A DNA stretch of 64,000 nucleotides. Origin: Eledone cirrhosa (lineage: Eukaryota). Both the position numbers and the translations under genes were made by a program. Shown piece after piece: positions 52,116 to 64,000 of this stretch; position 1 is the first letter of the stretch, and every line of letters starts with the position of its first letter. Location of the stretch: contig OZ024743.1 of assembly GCA_964016885.1 (NCBI GenBank), positions 103,354,001-103,418,000 on the forward strand. The letters run 5' to 3'. The notes below the pieces were generated by a model. That model saw only the letters and a list, made by a program, of their open reading frames with translations, made no database searches and had not been told where the DNA came from.

Positions 52116-55025
52116 CTACAGGCTGATATAGAGAGAAGGCCCATTCACTCGGGCCATTCTCGCTACTTTCACCCACCTTTCATAAAACTTGCTGGGATAC
52201 AGCACCTCTCTCTCCATTCTGATCCTTCTTCTAAAGTGGTACTTGAAAAAAAAGACCAGTTGTTGGCCGGAGAGAAAGGTGTCTGACCTCAGCCCTTTCA
52301 ACCTTGTCCACCATACAACTTCTTTCGCCATGGCTATCACACAATGGAAAACCGCCTCTCCTTCGTTTTTGAAAGAGGGAGGCGGTTTTATCGTGACAAT
52401 GTTCTCGGTGGTCAACCGGATTGGTCCCACCCGCGACAGTAGTCGTTCCACATAGCCCCACAGGTCAGCAACGCCCGGGCAGTGTACGAGTGCGTGTGCG
52501 ATGGTTTCCTCGTCATACACGCATCTCGGAGCCCACTTGTTCCAAAGAAATCGGAAGAGCGCGCGCTCCATTTTGGCGATTGTTTTCTCTGGGCAAGGCA
52601 CGACGGTCAAGCGGTAGTAGATGACGGGCGCTATATAAGCGTTCGCCACCTCCGCTCGACCTTTCAGGGATAGTTTGCACTCGGCCCACTTATAGGCGAG
52701 TGCAAATACCTTGCCCGTTACCTCGTCCCAGTTTTTCTCCACCTGGAGGTCCGGTCCGAATCAGACCCCGAGCAGCTTCACCGGTCCCTCCGTCCAGCGT
52801 CCGACCATGCCGTCGGAAGGCATCGTTTGCCCCTCCACGTACCGAGTTGCAAACCGACGGACTTGTCCCGGTTCAGCTTGGCTCCTGTGAACCTTTCATA
52901 TTCCTCCAGTAAGGTGCCGATCTGCCCGATTTCCGAGGCGCACGACACCATTACTGTCAAGTCATCGGCGTAGGCCGACACCGCTTTCCGCAATCCCGGT
53001 TCCAAGGGGATGCCCTGCAACAGCTCCAGCTTCCGCAGTAGTGGCTCGGGAGCCAGCACATACAGGAGGGAGGAGAGAGGGCATCCCTGTCGGATGGATC
53101 GCGTGATTTGGAACGGCTCCGAGAGGTAGCCGTTCACCTTGACCCTCGAGCAGATGTTGCTGTTGTGCATTGCAGCAATCCAGCCCCTGAAAACTGGTCC
53201 GAAGCCTGCCGCCACGAGCACCGCATCCAGGTACCGATGGTCAACCCTATCGAACGCCTTAGATTGATCCAAGTTGATCAGGGCCCCACCAAAGCCGGGT
53301 TCGTTCCCTACCCTCTCTACAATGTATCGCATGAGGTGGAGGTTGTCGTGTATGGACCTGGACGGGATTGCGCATGTCTGCGCTTCTCCCACCAGGTTCC
53401 CGACGACAAGCGCCAACCTCTTCGCTAACACCTTGGCCAAAATCTTTAACTCTGTGTTTAGCAGAGTTATGGGCCTGAAGTTATCTATGTCATCCCCCTT
53501 GTTCTCGTCCTTCCTCACCAGCGTGACTACGCCCTTGGTCACAGAACTGGGAATTCTCCCGTTCTGTTGCCAGTTGCAGTAGACCGCCTCGAGGAGACCG
53601 GAGAACAAGCCCGGCATCGCTACATAAAGTTCGTATGGTAGACCATCGAGACCCGGAGATTTGCGTTTCCCGCATTGGCTCAGCGCTTCCCCTATTTCAG
53701 CGGCTGAAATCGGCCTCTCGCAAGACTTCTCCTCCCCGTCCGAGAGCCGCGCCAGACCGTCGAGGTATGGACCGAGATACATGGCCCCACCCAGTCCGCC
53801 ACCCCTCCCGAACAGTCGTTCAAAGCGCCGTTGAAAAGCCGCGCTCATCCGCTCAGGTTCAAGGATTACGCGTCCATCCTGGTCCTTCAAAGACCGAATC
53901 GTGGACTTGTTTCCACTTTTTGCCTCTGTCGCTGGGGCCCAGCTAACAGCTTTGGCTCCCTCGTTACCCAGAGCACGTATTTTACTCCTGACAACGCAGC
54001 CCTCGTGCTTCGCATCAAAGAACTGGTCTAGGGCCGTTCTTGATGCCAGCACGCCGGCCACGTTGCCACTCCTAATCGCCTCTTCTACTCTATTTGTTAA
54101 TTCCCTTTCAGCTCTATTGCTATCTGATGCTAATTGCCGACTAAAACCTATCGATTCTATTCTAATTTCTCTCTTGAGAGAGCCCCACCACCTGCTGTTG
54201 ACAATTTCCCCCGTCAAACGCTGCTTAACTAGTGTGCTAATCCGTTTACTGTAAGCTTTGTTTGTCGATAAAGACAAGTTTAGCTGCCAGTAACCGGGTC
54301 CCTGTCTATGAGTTCTATCAAGGTTGACAACTCCGGTCACCAACTTGTGATCCGAATAGTCAACCATGAACATTCGTGGACAGCTTAATATGTCCCTATC
54401 CTTATTTCTAACTAGGAACCTATCTAGGTACGACCTAGATGTTCCGCTGGGATTATTCCACGTCCACAGTGGCACAGTCGGAAAATCTAGTCGATATCTA
54501 TCGGCCAGATCAAATCGACCGATTAATCGTTTGAGGCTGTTACACCCCCCTTTATCGGGACATGCCCCTACATAGTCCCAACGTGCATCCAGGATACCAT
54601 TCCAGTCCCCCACTAAAAGCAAGGAGCGAGACGTTACCAGGAAATTCTCCAGGCGTCGGAAGAAGTCCGGTCGCGGTGTCCCAGATGGGGCATACGCTGC
54701 CACCAGCCTGAAAGCTCCACCTTCACCACTGCCGACGTCTAAAACTACCAGTCGACCCTCGGGTCCAGGTGTACTTTCTGTGTGGCAAGACCCAGGTATT
54801 TTCGCAGCAGAACGACCACCCCACCCGACCCCTTGGCTGACAGAGAGATGCGTAGATCTCAAAGTCGTCGAAGATGGGGGCCTGTTGGCGCTCGCTGCTG
54901 CTCCTGTACTCGCAAATAACCATTACATCCACTCTGTGCGACCTGAGGTCATTTAAGATTTTGCCCTGTTTCCAGGACATCCCCAGGCCGCGTGCATTCA
55001 CACATCCACCTCTTATATTGGCCAT
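52116..55025 (-). pseudogene. ORF2 of copy B (APE + RT + Cys/His motif) with frameshifts and an internal deletion near 52527
   Basis: CVNARGL, GDWN, YLDR, SDHK, SPGLDGL, QGCPLS, YADD; FLWNKWAP is fused directly to RCVYDEET. Confidence 0.93.
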
Positions 55026-55067
55026 GTTGGTGCTGAAGAGTTAAAAAGGAAGAGGAAAGGAAATTAC

Positions 55068-56884
55068 TTACCTCTTCGTCTCCTGGGGACCAGGCTGCAC
55101 AATTTCCATGGGGGTGTTGGAAGGGTTGTTTGGTGGGGTGGTGGTTTGTGGTGGGGTGAGGACATCAGTGTGTGGTGGGATTAGGGTGTTTGGTGGGGTG
55201 TGGGCGTCTGGTGTTGGGGTGGGGAAACATCTCAATAGGACGTGGTTAAGTGGTTTGGTGCAGTTGGTCCCCACATGCATTGGATGGTTCTTTTTCAAAG
55301 TTACATAGGTTTCCGTTGGGACCCTAATCATCATTAGGTGCGGTTTGTTCGCTGCGTAGGTGAAAGTGATCCCTTCGGTTTCCACCGAAGGGTTATTTTC
55401 TACTGTTTTCATCAACGTTTTATTGTTCTTCTTAATGTATGTATAGAGTTTTTGTTGTGTTGTGTTTGTTTTTGTTTGTTGTTCTTGTGCGTGTTTGCGT
55501 TTTGTAGTATGTGTTATGTTTTGGGGAGGGGTGGTTTTTTATTTGTGATGTTTGTTCTGTTTGTGCTGGTGGTTGTGTGTTTGTGGCATTTTTGTTAATG
55601 TGGTGCCTTTTTTTTTTCCTTTTCATCTGTTGAAAGGGTTCTCCCTCGTCGTCACTGGATGACGTTGATATGGAGTCCTCTTCCGTGTTGTTGGGGAGGG
55701 GTATATTTTGGGGTTTTGTTGTGGTTGCTTTTGTATTTGTTTTAGGTGGGGAGGGGTTGGGTGGAACAGTGTTTTGTGTTGTTATTTTTCCGTGTTGTTG
55801 TGGTTGTTGTTGTTGTTGTTGTGGTCGTGGTGATGGTGGTGGTGGTGGTGGTGGTGGTGGTGGTGGTGGTGGTGGTAGTGGTTGTGTTGTTGTGTTCGGG
55901 GTTGGCAGAAGAGCCTGCTTAAGCAGTGGTAACATGACGGCCGCCTTCCATCCACTGAAATGTGTATATACGTTAGCCCGTCCAGGGGCACGCGTTGTGG
56001 GATATTTGCTATTCGTTCTGGGCTCATTTGCACCAGAACTTTTACGCTGGTCCCACCAAATACACATCCGGAGGACTTTCCTATTGAAATTATCTTGTCT
56101 TCATCAAAGTCAATGATTCCACATAGTATCCACCAAATATTTACATTTGGTGTGATACTCATTATTTTTATTCTTTGTGTCCTTTTTCCCCTGTATGTGG
56201 GGAAAAAGGTGAAGCGGCGGGACACAATGGGTGATACCGAGTACTTTTGTGCTGTTGACTGTTGTTCATTAGCACCTAAATGCTACCAAACAGTTTACAT
56301 TTTTGTATGAAGGTTAAGTCCTTAATTGCATCTTTTAGAACCAGCTCAATTTCATTTTGTGATAATTGAGCTGGTTTTCTTGTTTCGTTCGATATTGTCC
56401 TGAAAACCACAGTTTTCAGGACAGCCTCTCTACGTAATTCCTGTGGAGAATTGATGCTAAAAGCACCGTTTTCGCCAAAAGTCACGAATTGTTTTGCGTC
56501 TTGTAATAGTTGTTTAGCATTTGTTATGTCTATTGGCGTGTATAGTTCGTTTTTTTTAACAGTCTGTGCGAATGTTGTTTTGATGTTGTTGTCTTTTTTG
56601 TTGCTGCTGTTGTTGTCACTGTTGGTAATATTGTTCATGTTTTCCTTGGTGTTGCTATCGTTGCAGTTGTTGGTTGTGGTGTTATTGTCATTGTTCTTGT
56701 TGTTGGTGCTGGTATTATTTACCGCGTTTGGTTTCGTGGTTTCAATATTTTCAACGTTTTTCGATAATGCGAGGGGGGAAGGCTGCAAGCTTTGTACTCC
56801 TACCTTCCCTCCACCACTTTTCTTAGTGGGCGTGGCTTTCACGACAGTGTGCGAGGTGGAAATGGCATCCATTGCTGATACCAA
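55068..56884 (-). pseudogene. ORF1 of copy B, frameshifted, zinc knuckle partly deleted
   Basis: N-rich N-terminus, TFAQTVKK, ISVDGRRPSCYHC, poly-P/Q tail. Confidence 0.8.
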
Positions 56885-57072
56885 GTCTACACAGTTTTGA
56901 GATGAAAATGAAAATTTCGCCCCAGAAAGGGGCGAAAATTAGTTGACTCAACGTCTGACGGCCCAGGCAAGGGGTTAAACTAAACAATGCTATTAAATTG
57001 AGCAATGAACTCACAGTTTTTTTTACAATAATCTGTAAAAATCCGGAGCGAAGTAATTCACGTCTATATCAA

Positions 57073-57360
57073 GTGGTAATTGATATAGAGAGTGGGTTTG
57101 TTTGAGTGTGCTGTATATTAGATAAAGAGAGGAGGAGATATTGATATTTATTGGTGTAGAGAGGGGTATTGGAAGAGAGTTCCGTGTATTTGATATAGTG
57201 AGGGGGAGAGTTTGGTGTTAATTGATATAGAGAAGAGGATTGGAAGAGAATACTGTGTATCAGATATAGAGAGTGGAATAATTTGGTGGTTGTTGATATA
57301 CAGAGAGGGATATTGGGAGACTTCCGTGTAGTAGATATATAGAGGGCAAGAGTTTAGAGC
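57073..57360. repeat. Degenerate GA-rich minisatellite, continuing at 51805-51874
   Basis: Recurring GATATAGAGAG...GAGAGTTTGGTG.TAATT units. Confidence 0.75.
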
Positions 57361-57419
57361 CGATAAATATATATATATAAGTTATATTATAAAGTTATAT
57401 ATATATATATATATATAAC

Positions 57420-58922
57420 TTTCTGTCCCAGTCCATTGTCCCAGTCTTCAAAAAGGGAAATAAGTCCCTTGCAGTGAACTACCGTCCGATCTCATTCACC
57501 CCTCGTATTATCAAGGTATTTGAGAGGGTGGTGAGATCACGAATAACCCACTTTCTTGAAAGCAACGGCCTGCTGAACTCCAACCAACATGGGTTTCGTA
57601 ATGGAAGGGACTGCCTAACGCAGCTCCTGCATCACTTTGACGATGTTTTGAGAGCCTTGGGAGAGGGCTCCAACACTGATGGCATCTACCTTGATTTCAG
57701 CAAGGCCTTTGACAGGGTTGATCATAAGATTCTACTGAAAAAACTATCCAATGTTGGTGTCTCTGAAAAGTTACTACAGTGGATCAAATGTTTCCTGATA
57801 GGCAGAACCCAGAATGTTGTAGTTGAAGGAGTAAAATCAAGCCCTGCCAAAGTCAGCAGTGGCGACCCACAAGGCACTGTGTTGGGCCCACTTCTTTTCA
57901 TCATCTACATTAATGACATTACTGACATCATCAAACACTGTAACATCAGAATCTTCGCAGATGATTCCAAGTTCCAAAGGGTCATCAATGAGGTCGGTGA
58001 CCGGACCTGCCTTCAGTCAGACCTACTGGCTGTTACCCAATGGGCAGAGATGAATAATATGCTGTTGAATGGGGATAAATTTGAACTAATCCACTTTGGA
58101 AAAGAGGATGCCCTGAAACTACCATACTCTCTTCTTTCGGGTGAAACTCTAGTGGCTTCCATTAACATTAGAGACCTGGGAGTAATTGTGGACAACAATA
58201 TAAGCTGCGCCACTCATATAAACAGCAAAGTTGATATGGCCCGCAGAATGTGTTCCTGGATTCTCAGAACTTTCCAGTCGAGAGATATCCATACTGTTAT
58301 CCTTCTCTTCTCCACTTTTGCCCGACCCCACCTTGAATACTGTTGTCCACTGTGGTCACCCCACACGAAACAAAGTATCATGAAAGTTGAAGCACCCCAA
58401 AGGTCAATTACAAAAAGAATAGTTGGCATGACAGGCCTTGACTATTGGGGTCGATTAGAAAAGCTCAAACTTTATTCTCTTCAACATCGCCGAGAGCGCT
58501 ACATTATCTGTATGATGTGGAAAATATTCCATCAGCTTAGCCCAAATGATGTTGGCATCACCTCTAGTGTACACCCAAGGCTTGGGCCCCGTGCTATCCT
58601 CCCACGACAAAAATCCCACTCGCATCACAACAACAATACGGCACAATTATTTCACCTCAATTGGCCCTGCACTCTTTAAAATTACACCAAGACACATCAA
58701 AGCAGAGACAGACCCCATCAAGTTCAAGAAGTCTTTGGATAAATTCCTTCAAGAAATCCCGGATAAGCCTCCTACACCCGGATATGCCTCCGTAGACAAT
58801 AACTGTCTGCTCGAGTGGGCCATGGTGCCCAAACACTGATTTGTAAGACTTTGCCAGGTGGTGCTATTAAGTTAGACATGGCCTGGGCCAATACTGGCCG
58901 AAACCTATCAAAGTTATCAAAG
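57420..58922 (+). mobile_element. 5'-truncated CR1-group LINE; RT frame open over 57474-58679
   Basis: NYRPISFT, QHGFR.GRDCLTQLL, YLDFSKAFDRV, PQGTVLGPLLF, FADDSK; tail (TATCAAAGT)2. Confidence 0.93.
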
Positions 58923-59364
58923 TTATATATATATATATATAACGAAAGAAATGTGGTAAGGAACCAGGTGGACCATAACGCACCAAAGTACTCAATACTT
59001 AGGGTAGTAGAGTGGGTAATAGGAACGAGTAGGTAATAGGAACGAGTTGCTCAGCTGTCGGGGTCCTACTCGTTCCTATATATATATATATATGGTAAGG
59101 TGCATTATTGGTTGTGTAAAATGGTCTAATAAATTTATGTTAGCAATATTAAATTCTCCACGCTTTTGTATATCTCCAGGGAGGGAATGAATTCTGTGAG
59201 AGAACATCGTTATTTTTTCCCCCTCATATCAAGAATTTGGAGACAATTCATTTTCACCTGATGAGATTAGTGATAATCGATCATGGCTTCACAATCGATC
59301 TATCTCTTATTTAAACATGTGTCGTGATTAAATGATTGGAATTTTACCTTGCCTTCGGATTCTA

Positions 59365-59427
<63 letters not shown>

Positions 59428-59759
59428 GAGAAGAAAGAGGAATACTGCGTGGTTGCACATGGGTTACATATTATAAAATTAATCCCTCGTCAGTGATTTG
59501 CCAACCATCATTGGTATTTCATCGCATTAAAAATCATATACTTCAGGTTGGTGCGAGCAATAAATAAAAAAAGCTATTGGGACAAGTGAGTCGCGTAAAG
59601 CGAGTGAGACAAGTAAACAACATAGAAGGATAAAAGCAAAACGAAGATAGGAAAAAAAAACAAGCAACATGGTTATCCGGTCAGCATAAGCTGGGTGAAT
59701 TTCATGAGCGATCAGCATACAGACTCTCCATCGTGAGTGAGATGTGAATATATATACAT

Positions 59760-59906
<147 letters not shown>

Positions 59907-59934
59907 TGCATATATATATACATATATACATATA

Positions 59935-60040
<106 letters not shown>

Positions 60041-60066
60041 CATATATATATACATATATACATATA

Positions 60067-60134
<68 letters not shown>

Positions 60135-60659
60135 TAATATATATATATATATATAAGTAATATATAAGTAATCTATAAGTAATCTATAAGTATTGGCAGA
60201 GTCATTAGGGCGTCGGATTTAAAAATGATTCACTATATGTCCCGGCTCATAAAGAAACTAACATTCCAATTCTTGTGTCGATTCTTTGACTGTATCTCTC
60301 TTGAAAAAAGTCTGAGTTCTAGCTTAGGGTGAGATAGTATTTGCCAGGTATGAAATGTATTGAGAATTGTATGTATATTCTTCTAGTTTTATAATTTTAT
60401 AAATTTTTACCAATAGAGAATCGATTCGTAACATAAATACAGGACTCTTTCATTGGAATTTAGACAACATCAATTAGGTAGGCATGTATGCATGCCCGCA
60501 GGCGAGCATGTGTGTGCAGGCATGGACGTTACTGAATGTGGGAATGTATATGTTTTGAGTTATATGTGTGCATGTGCATATGTTTTGTATCTGTACATGT
60601 GTATATGCAGTTATTACTTATATATTAAGGTGTGAGAGACTCCTTGTCTTCATTTAGAC

Positions 60660-60952
60660 ATCTCTCTAGGAAAAGATCACTCTGATAGAAAACCTGTGAC
60701 TTCGTTTGCATCTAATGATGTAGAGCTGACCTATTCTTCTTTTGGGGCAAATGCATTCGATGTTCAGAGAGTGGGAATGACCCCGTGCAAAGTCTTTCCT
60801 CACTTAAAAAAGTTTCCAAGAGGAGAATTGCTTGATATGTGCATGGCATTGCTGGCCATAGCAAGTGCCTAGCAGGACTAAAGTCCACGTCCGTAATGCT
60901 CAAGCTTAAGTATCAAGTGATTGCATTACTCGAAATCGAGTTGCAGCCCTCA
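60660..60952 (+). mobile_element. Diverged bipartite RTE-derived element with (TATG)n(TAGG)n tail
   Basis: CTAGGAAAAGATCACTCTGAT..AA.ACCTG, a KCLAGLK remnant and ACTCG-AAAT-CGAGTTGCAGCC, each matching the 26919 family. Confidence 0.7.
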
Positions 60953-61634
60953 TATATGTATGTATGTATGTATGTAGGTAGGTAGGTAGGTAGGTAGGTA
61001 GGTAGGTAGGTAGGTAGGTATCTATGTATGAAGGAAAGCGTAATTCCTTATGGAGTTGTAGGGGTGCCGTAATGACATTTGACATGTCTTGGGCATTTTA
61101 AAACCTTGCGGAGACGTTCTCCTCTCCAGTTTTGAACACAGTCGATTTATTCCAGAGAAGGAGCGAGAATGAGGGAAGGGAAGTGAGAAACAAAAATAAA
61201 GGAAGAATCGACCCCAGTACTCGACAGGTACATTTTTTATTGACCTCGAAAAGATGAAAGGCAAAGTTGACCTCCATGGGATTTGAACTCAATGAATTCA
61301 GAGGTCGGAAGAAATACAGCAAATCATTTCTGTGTGTGTGTGTGTGTGTGTTTGCGTGTATATCCGTGTAAAGTTGACGGACTCGAGAATGAGTATTCAT
61401 TTTTAAAATATTCTTTATTATGGCGGCTAAAGATATGGGTTTTGTTACTCTGGAATTGCACGTACAGGCTCATCAGACAATACTGTTTGATGATTCTGTG
61501 AGAATACATGTTAAACTTCAGAGTAACTAAAACTTATCACTTAGTCATAAAGAATAATTGTGTGGAAGATAGCATGGCGAAACCTAAACGTCTGGCTCTT
61601 TATAGTTAATGGATGTACATATAAATAAATAAAT

Positions 61635-61700
<66 letters not shown>

Positions 61701-62228
61701 ATTAGTAAAATCCCAACAGAGGGTGCATTCCATTTCGGCTGGCCGGCAAGTTTGATGGTTCTGATGAATGAATGCGCATGTAATATGCAGAAATTTTAGT
61801 TCTTCTTCACAACGAAAATGGAATTCAGTAACCTCTACCATCGCTACTATAATGATATGGTCCCGGGCAGTGTTCGAGATTATTCTCTGGCGTCCAGACG
61901 CCATTACCCCCAGAGGTTAGTGAGAGAGACACATTGAAATAGCCATACAAACTTACGCTACAGGTTCAACGAATAACGAATCGGGAAGCGGCCGATACTG
62001 TATATGTCAACATCGTGTGTGTTTCTTTAATATATACTTCTCTCCGCTTTCCAAGGTAAGCCCACACATGTTTGCTGCTAATGGAATATATTTGATATGA
62101 AGATAAATTGTAGATAATACTAAGAGGTTGAAATATGAACAATCAACTGATGGTAATTTGGTAAGATACAGTCAATTATCTGATGTTCTTGTCGCAGCTC
62201 ATTACATTCCAGTTCACACATACACTAA

Positions 62229-62276
<48 letters not shown>

Positions 62277-62296
62277 TATATATATATATATATATA

Positions 62297-62330
<34 letters not shown>

Positions 62331-62386
62331 TATATATATATGAATATATAAATATGAATATATATATATGAATATATATATATGAA

Positions 62387-62442
<56 letters not shown>

Positions 62443-62512
62443 AACACACATATAAATAACTGTATATATATAGATATATTTGTGTGTGTGCGTTCGTTTA
62501 TGTATGTGTATT

Positions 62513-62572
<60 letters not shown>

Positions 62573-62653
62573 AATAAATGTATATATATATATATCTGTG
62601 TGTGTGCGTTCGTTTATGTATGTGTATGTATATATATATATATATATATAAAT

Positions 62654-62726
<73 letters not shown>

Positions 62727-62776
62727 TAGGTATAGAACATACCGCCTATGGAAGCATCTTAGCTACCATCAGACAC

Positions 62777-62830
<54 letters not shown>

Positions 62831-63727
62831 ATATATATACATATATATATATACATATGTGTGTGTGTGTATATATATACATATATACGTACAACAAAAC
62901 AAGTAAAATCTCCCGTGAAAATCAAGCATTATGGTAATCAAATAAGACACATCGTGTTTCTGTCTCATTATTTGTGTGTAACACAGATAAGACTGAAATA
63001 ATTGCTATCTATGAAATATAGCTAACACTTTACTTCTGTAATGAACATATCATAGATAATGTATAAAAATATTTGACGAATTGGAGAATTTAATAAATAA
63101 TTATTAGCCATCTATACTCCATTCTATGTTGTATAGAGGAATGTATTTTAATTACTCGAAAAAGCCCGAGAGGAAAATAAGTATTCAAACCTTATATTCC
63201 AGAATATGCGTTTGATCGAATTGGTGAAAGTAACAAAGGATGAGAAATGATATAAGTAGTGAGGGTCTCATTCGACCTCTTTAATTTACTCTCATTGTAG
63301 TTAAGTTTTCCTATCACTCCTTCGGGGATGATACGGTGTCTGTTAATAGTACACAGAGGTTTGTTCTGGCAAATACACCACTTGGAAGGCGGAGAATCGG
63401 TAGAGCTGTTAGAACGTCTGATAAAAATGATTTGCTGTATTTGTTCCGACCTCTGAATTCATTGAGTTCAAATCCCATGGACGTCAACTTTGCCTTTCAT
63501 CTTTTCGAGGTCAATAAAAAATGTACCTGTCGAGTATTTTTGTCTCTCACTTCCCTACCCCCATTCTCTCTCCTTCTCTGGAATAAATCGACTGTGTGCA
63601 TACCCTTATACTTTTCCAGTTCGTGGTCATACCAACTATGCCGAGACCTCGCAGTTTGAGATATACAATTCCAGAATCAATTTTAAAGGAGGTTTTCGTA
63701 AAGTATAATTACGCCACATTAATGTTT

Positions 63728-63922
63728 GGTGGATTGGCAGTATCGGTAGAGGGTCGGACGCCATGCTTTGACGCATAGAGTTACGGCCCTTGCCATTCTG
63801 AGTTCAAATCCTGCCGAGGTTAACTTTGCCTTTCATCCTTACGGGGTCGATATAATAAATTATCAGTAATGCACTGAGTAATTGCTGGCCTTGTGCCAAA
63901 AGTAGAAACAAAGTAGAAACAA
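63728..63922 (+). mobile_element. tRNA-type SINE, near full length
   Basis: Aligns with 7224-7403. Confidence 0.88.
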
Positions 63923-64000
63923 TGTTTGAATGATTGAGATGTTTAAACAACCAATTTCAATGCTGTAGAAACTGTGTGAAGCAACCTTTTCTCGGAAAAA

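Larger units (their letters stand above)
51875..57072 (-). mobile_element. Full-span L1/Tx1-type LINE (copy B) with a 15-bp TSD
   Basis: TSD GTGGTAATTGATATA at 51860-51874 and 57073-57087; ORF1, ORF2 and AATAAA near the 3' end. Confidence 0.93.

Noticed and set aside
59258-59282. CTGATGA-GATTA-gtga-TAATC hammerhead-like half
   Set aside because: Followed by GATC instead of GAAA, with no helix I or III; at best a decayed relic.
60663-60872. About 69-codon open frame that looked like a terminal exon
   Set aside because: Lies within the RTE-derived short element.
61760-61800. CTGATGA...GAAA spacing
   Set aside because: Helices do not pair convincingly.

Overview
Eukaryotic, AT-rich, repeat-saturated non-coding DNA with no recognisable host gene. 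The SINE and microsatellite style suggests an octopod cephalopod, but that is inference. The window is a nest of mobile elements: three L1/Tx1-type LINE copies (two apparently full length), two CR1-group LINE fragments, an RTE-type LINE split by a hAT transposon with an 8-bp TSD, four Penelope-like element (PLE) coding remnants, bipartite RTE-derived short elements, non-autonomous Helitrons, MITEs, many tRNA-type SINEs and long (TA)n/(CA)n tracts. The most notable signal is RNA-level: about a dozen hammerhead ribozyme (HHR) motifs of several designs, found by eye. They include (i) a non-coding ~430-bp tandem repeat with one type I HHR per unit, a retrozyme-like candidate predicted to give a 430-nt monomer/circRNA; (ii) two diverged HHRs with a U3-A8 core swap, an enlarged helix II and a conserved putative pseudoknot; and (iii) a perfect 233-bp palindrome with back-to-back HHRs. 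Six HHR/PLE-type insertions carry an inverted copy at their inferred 5' end, which links the non-coding HHR repeats to Penelope-type mobilisation. All structures were paired by hand and no folding, alignment or database search was run. Most ORFs in the supplied track are microsatellite or antisense artefacts.
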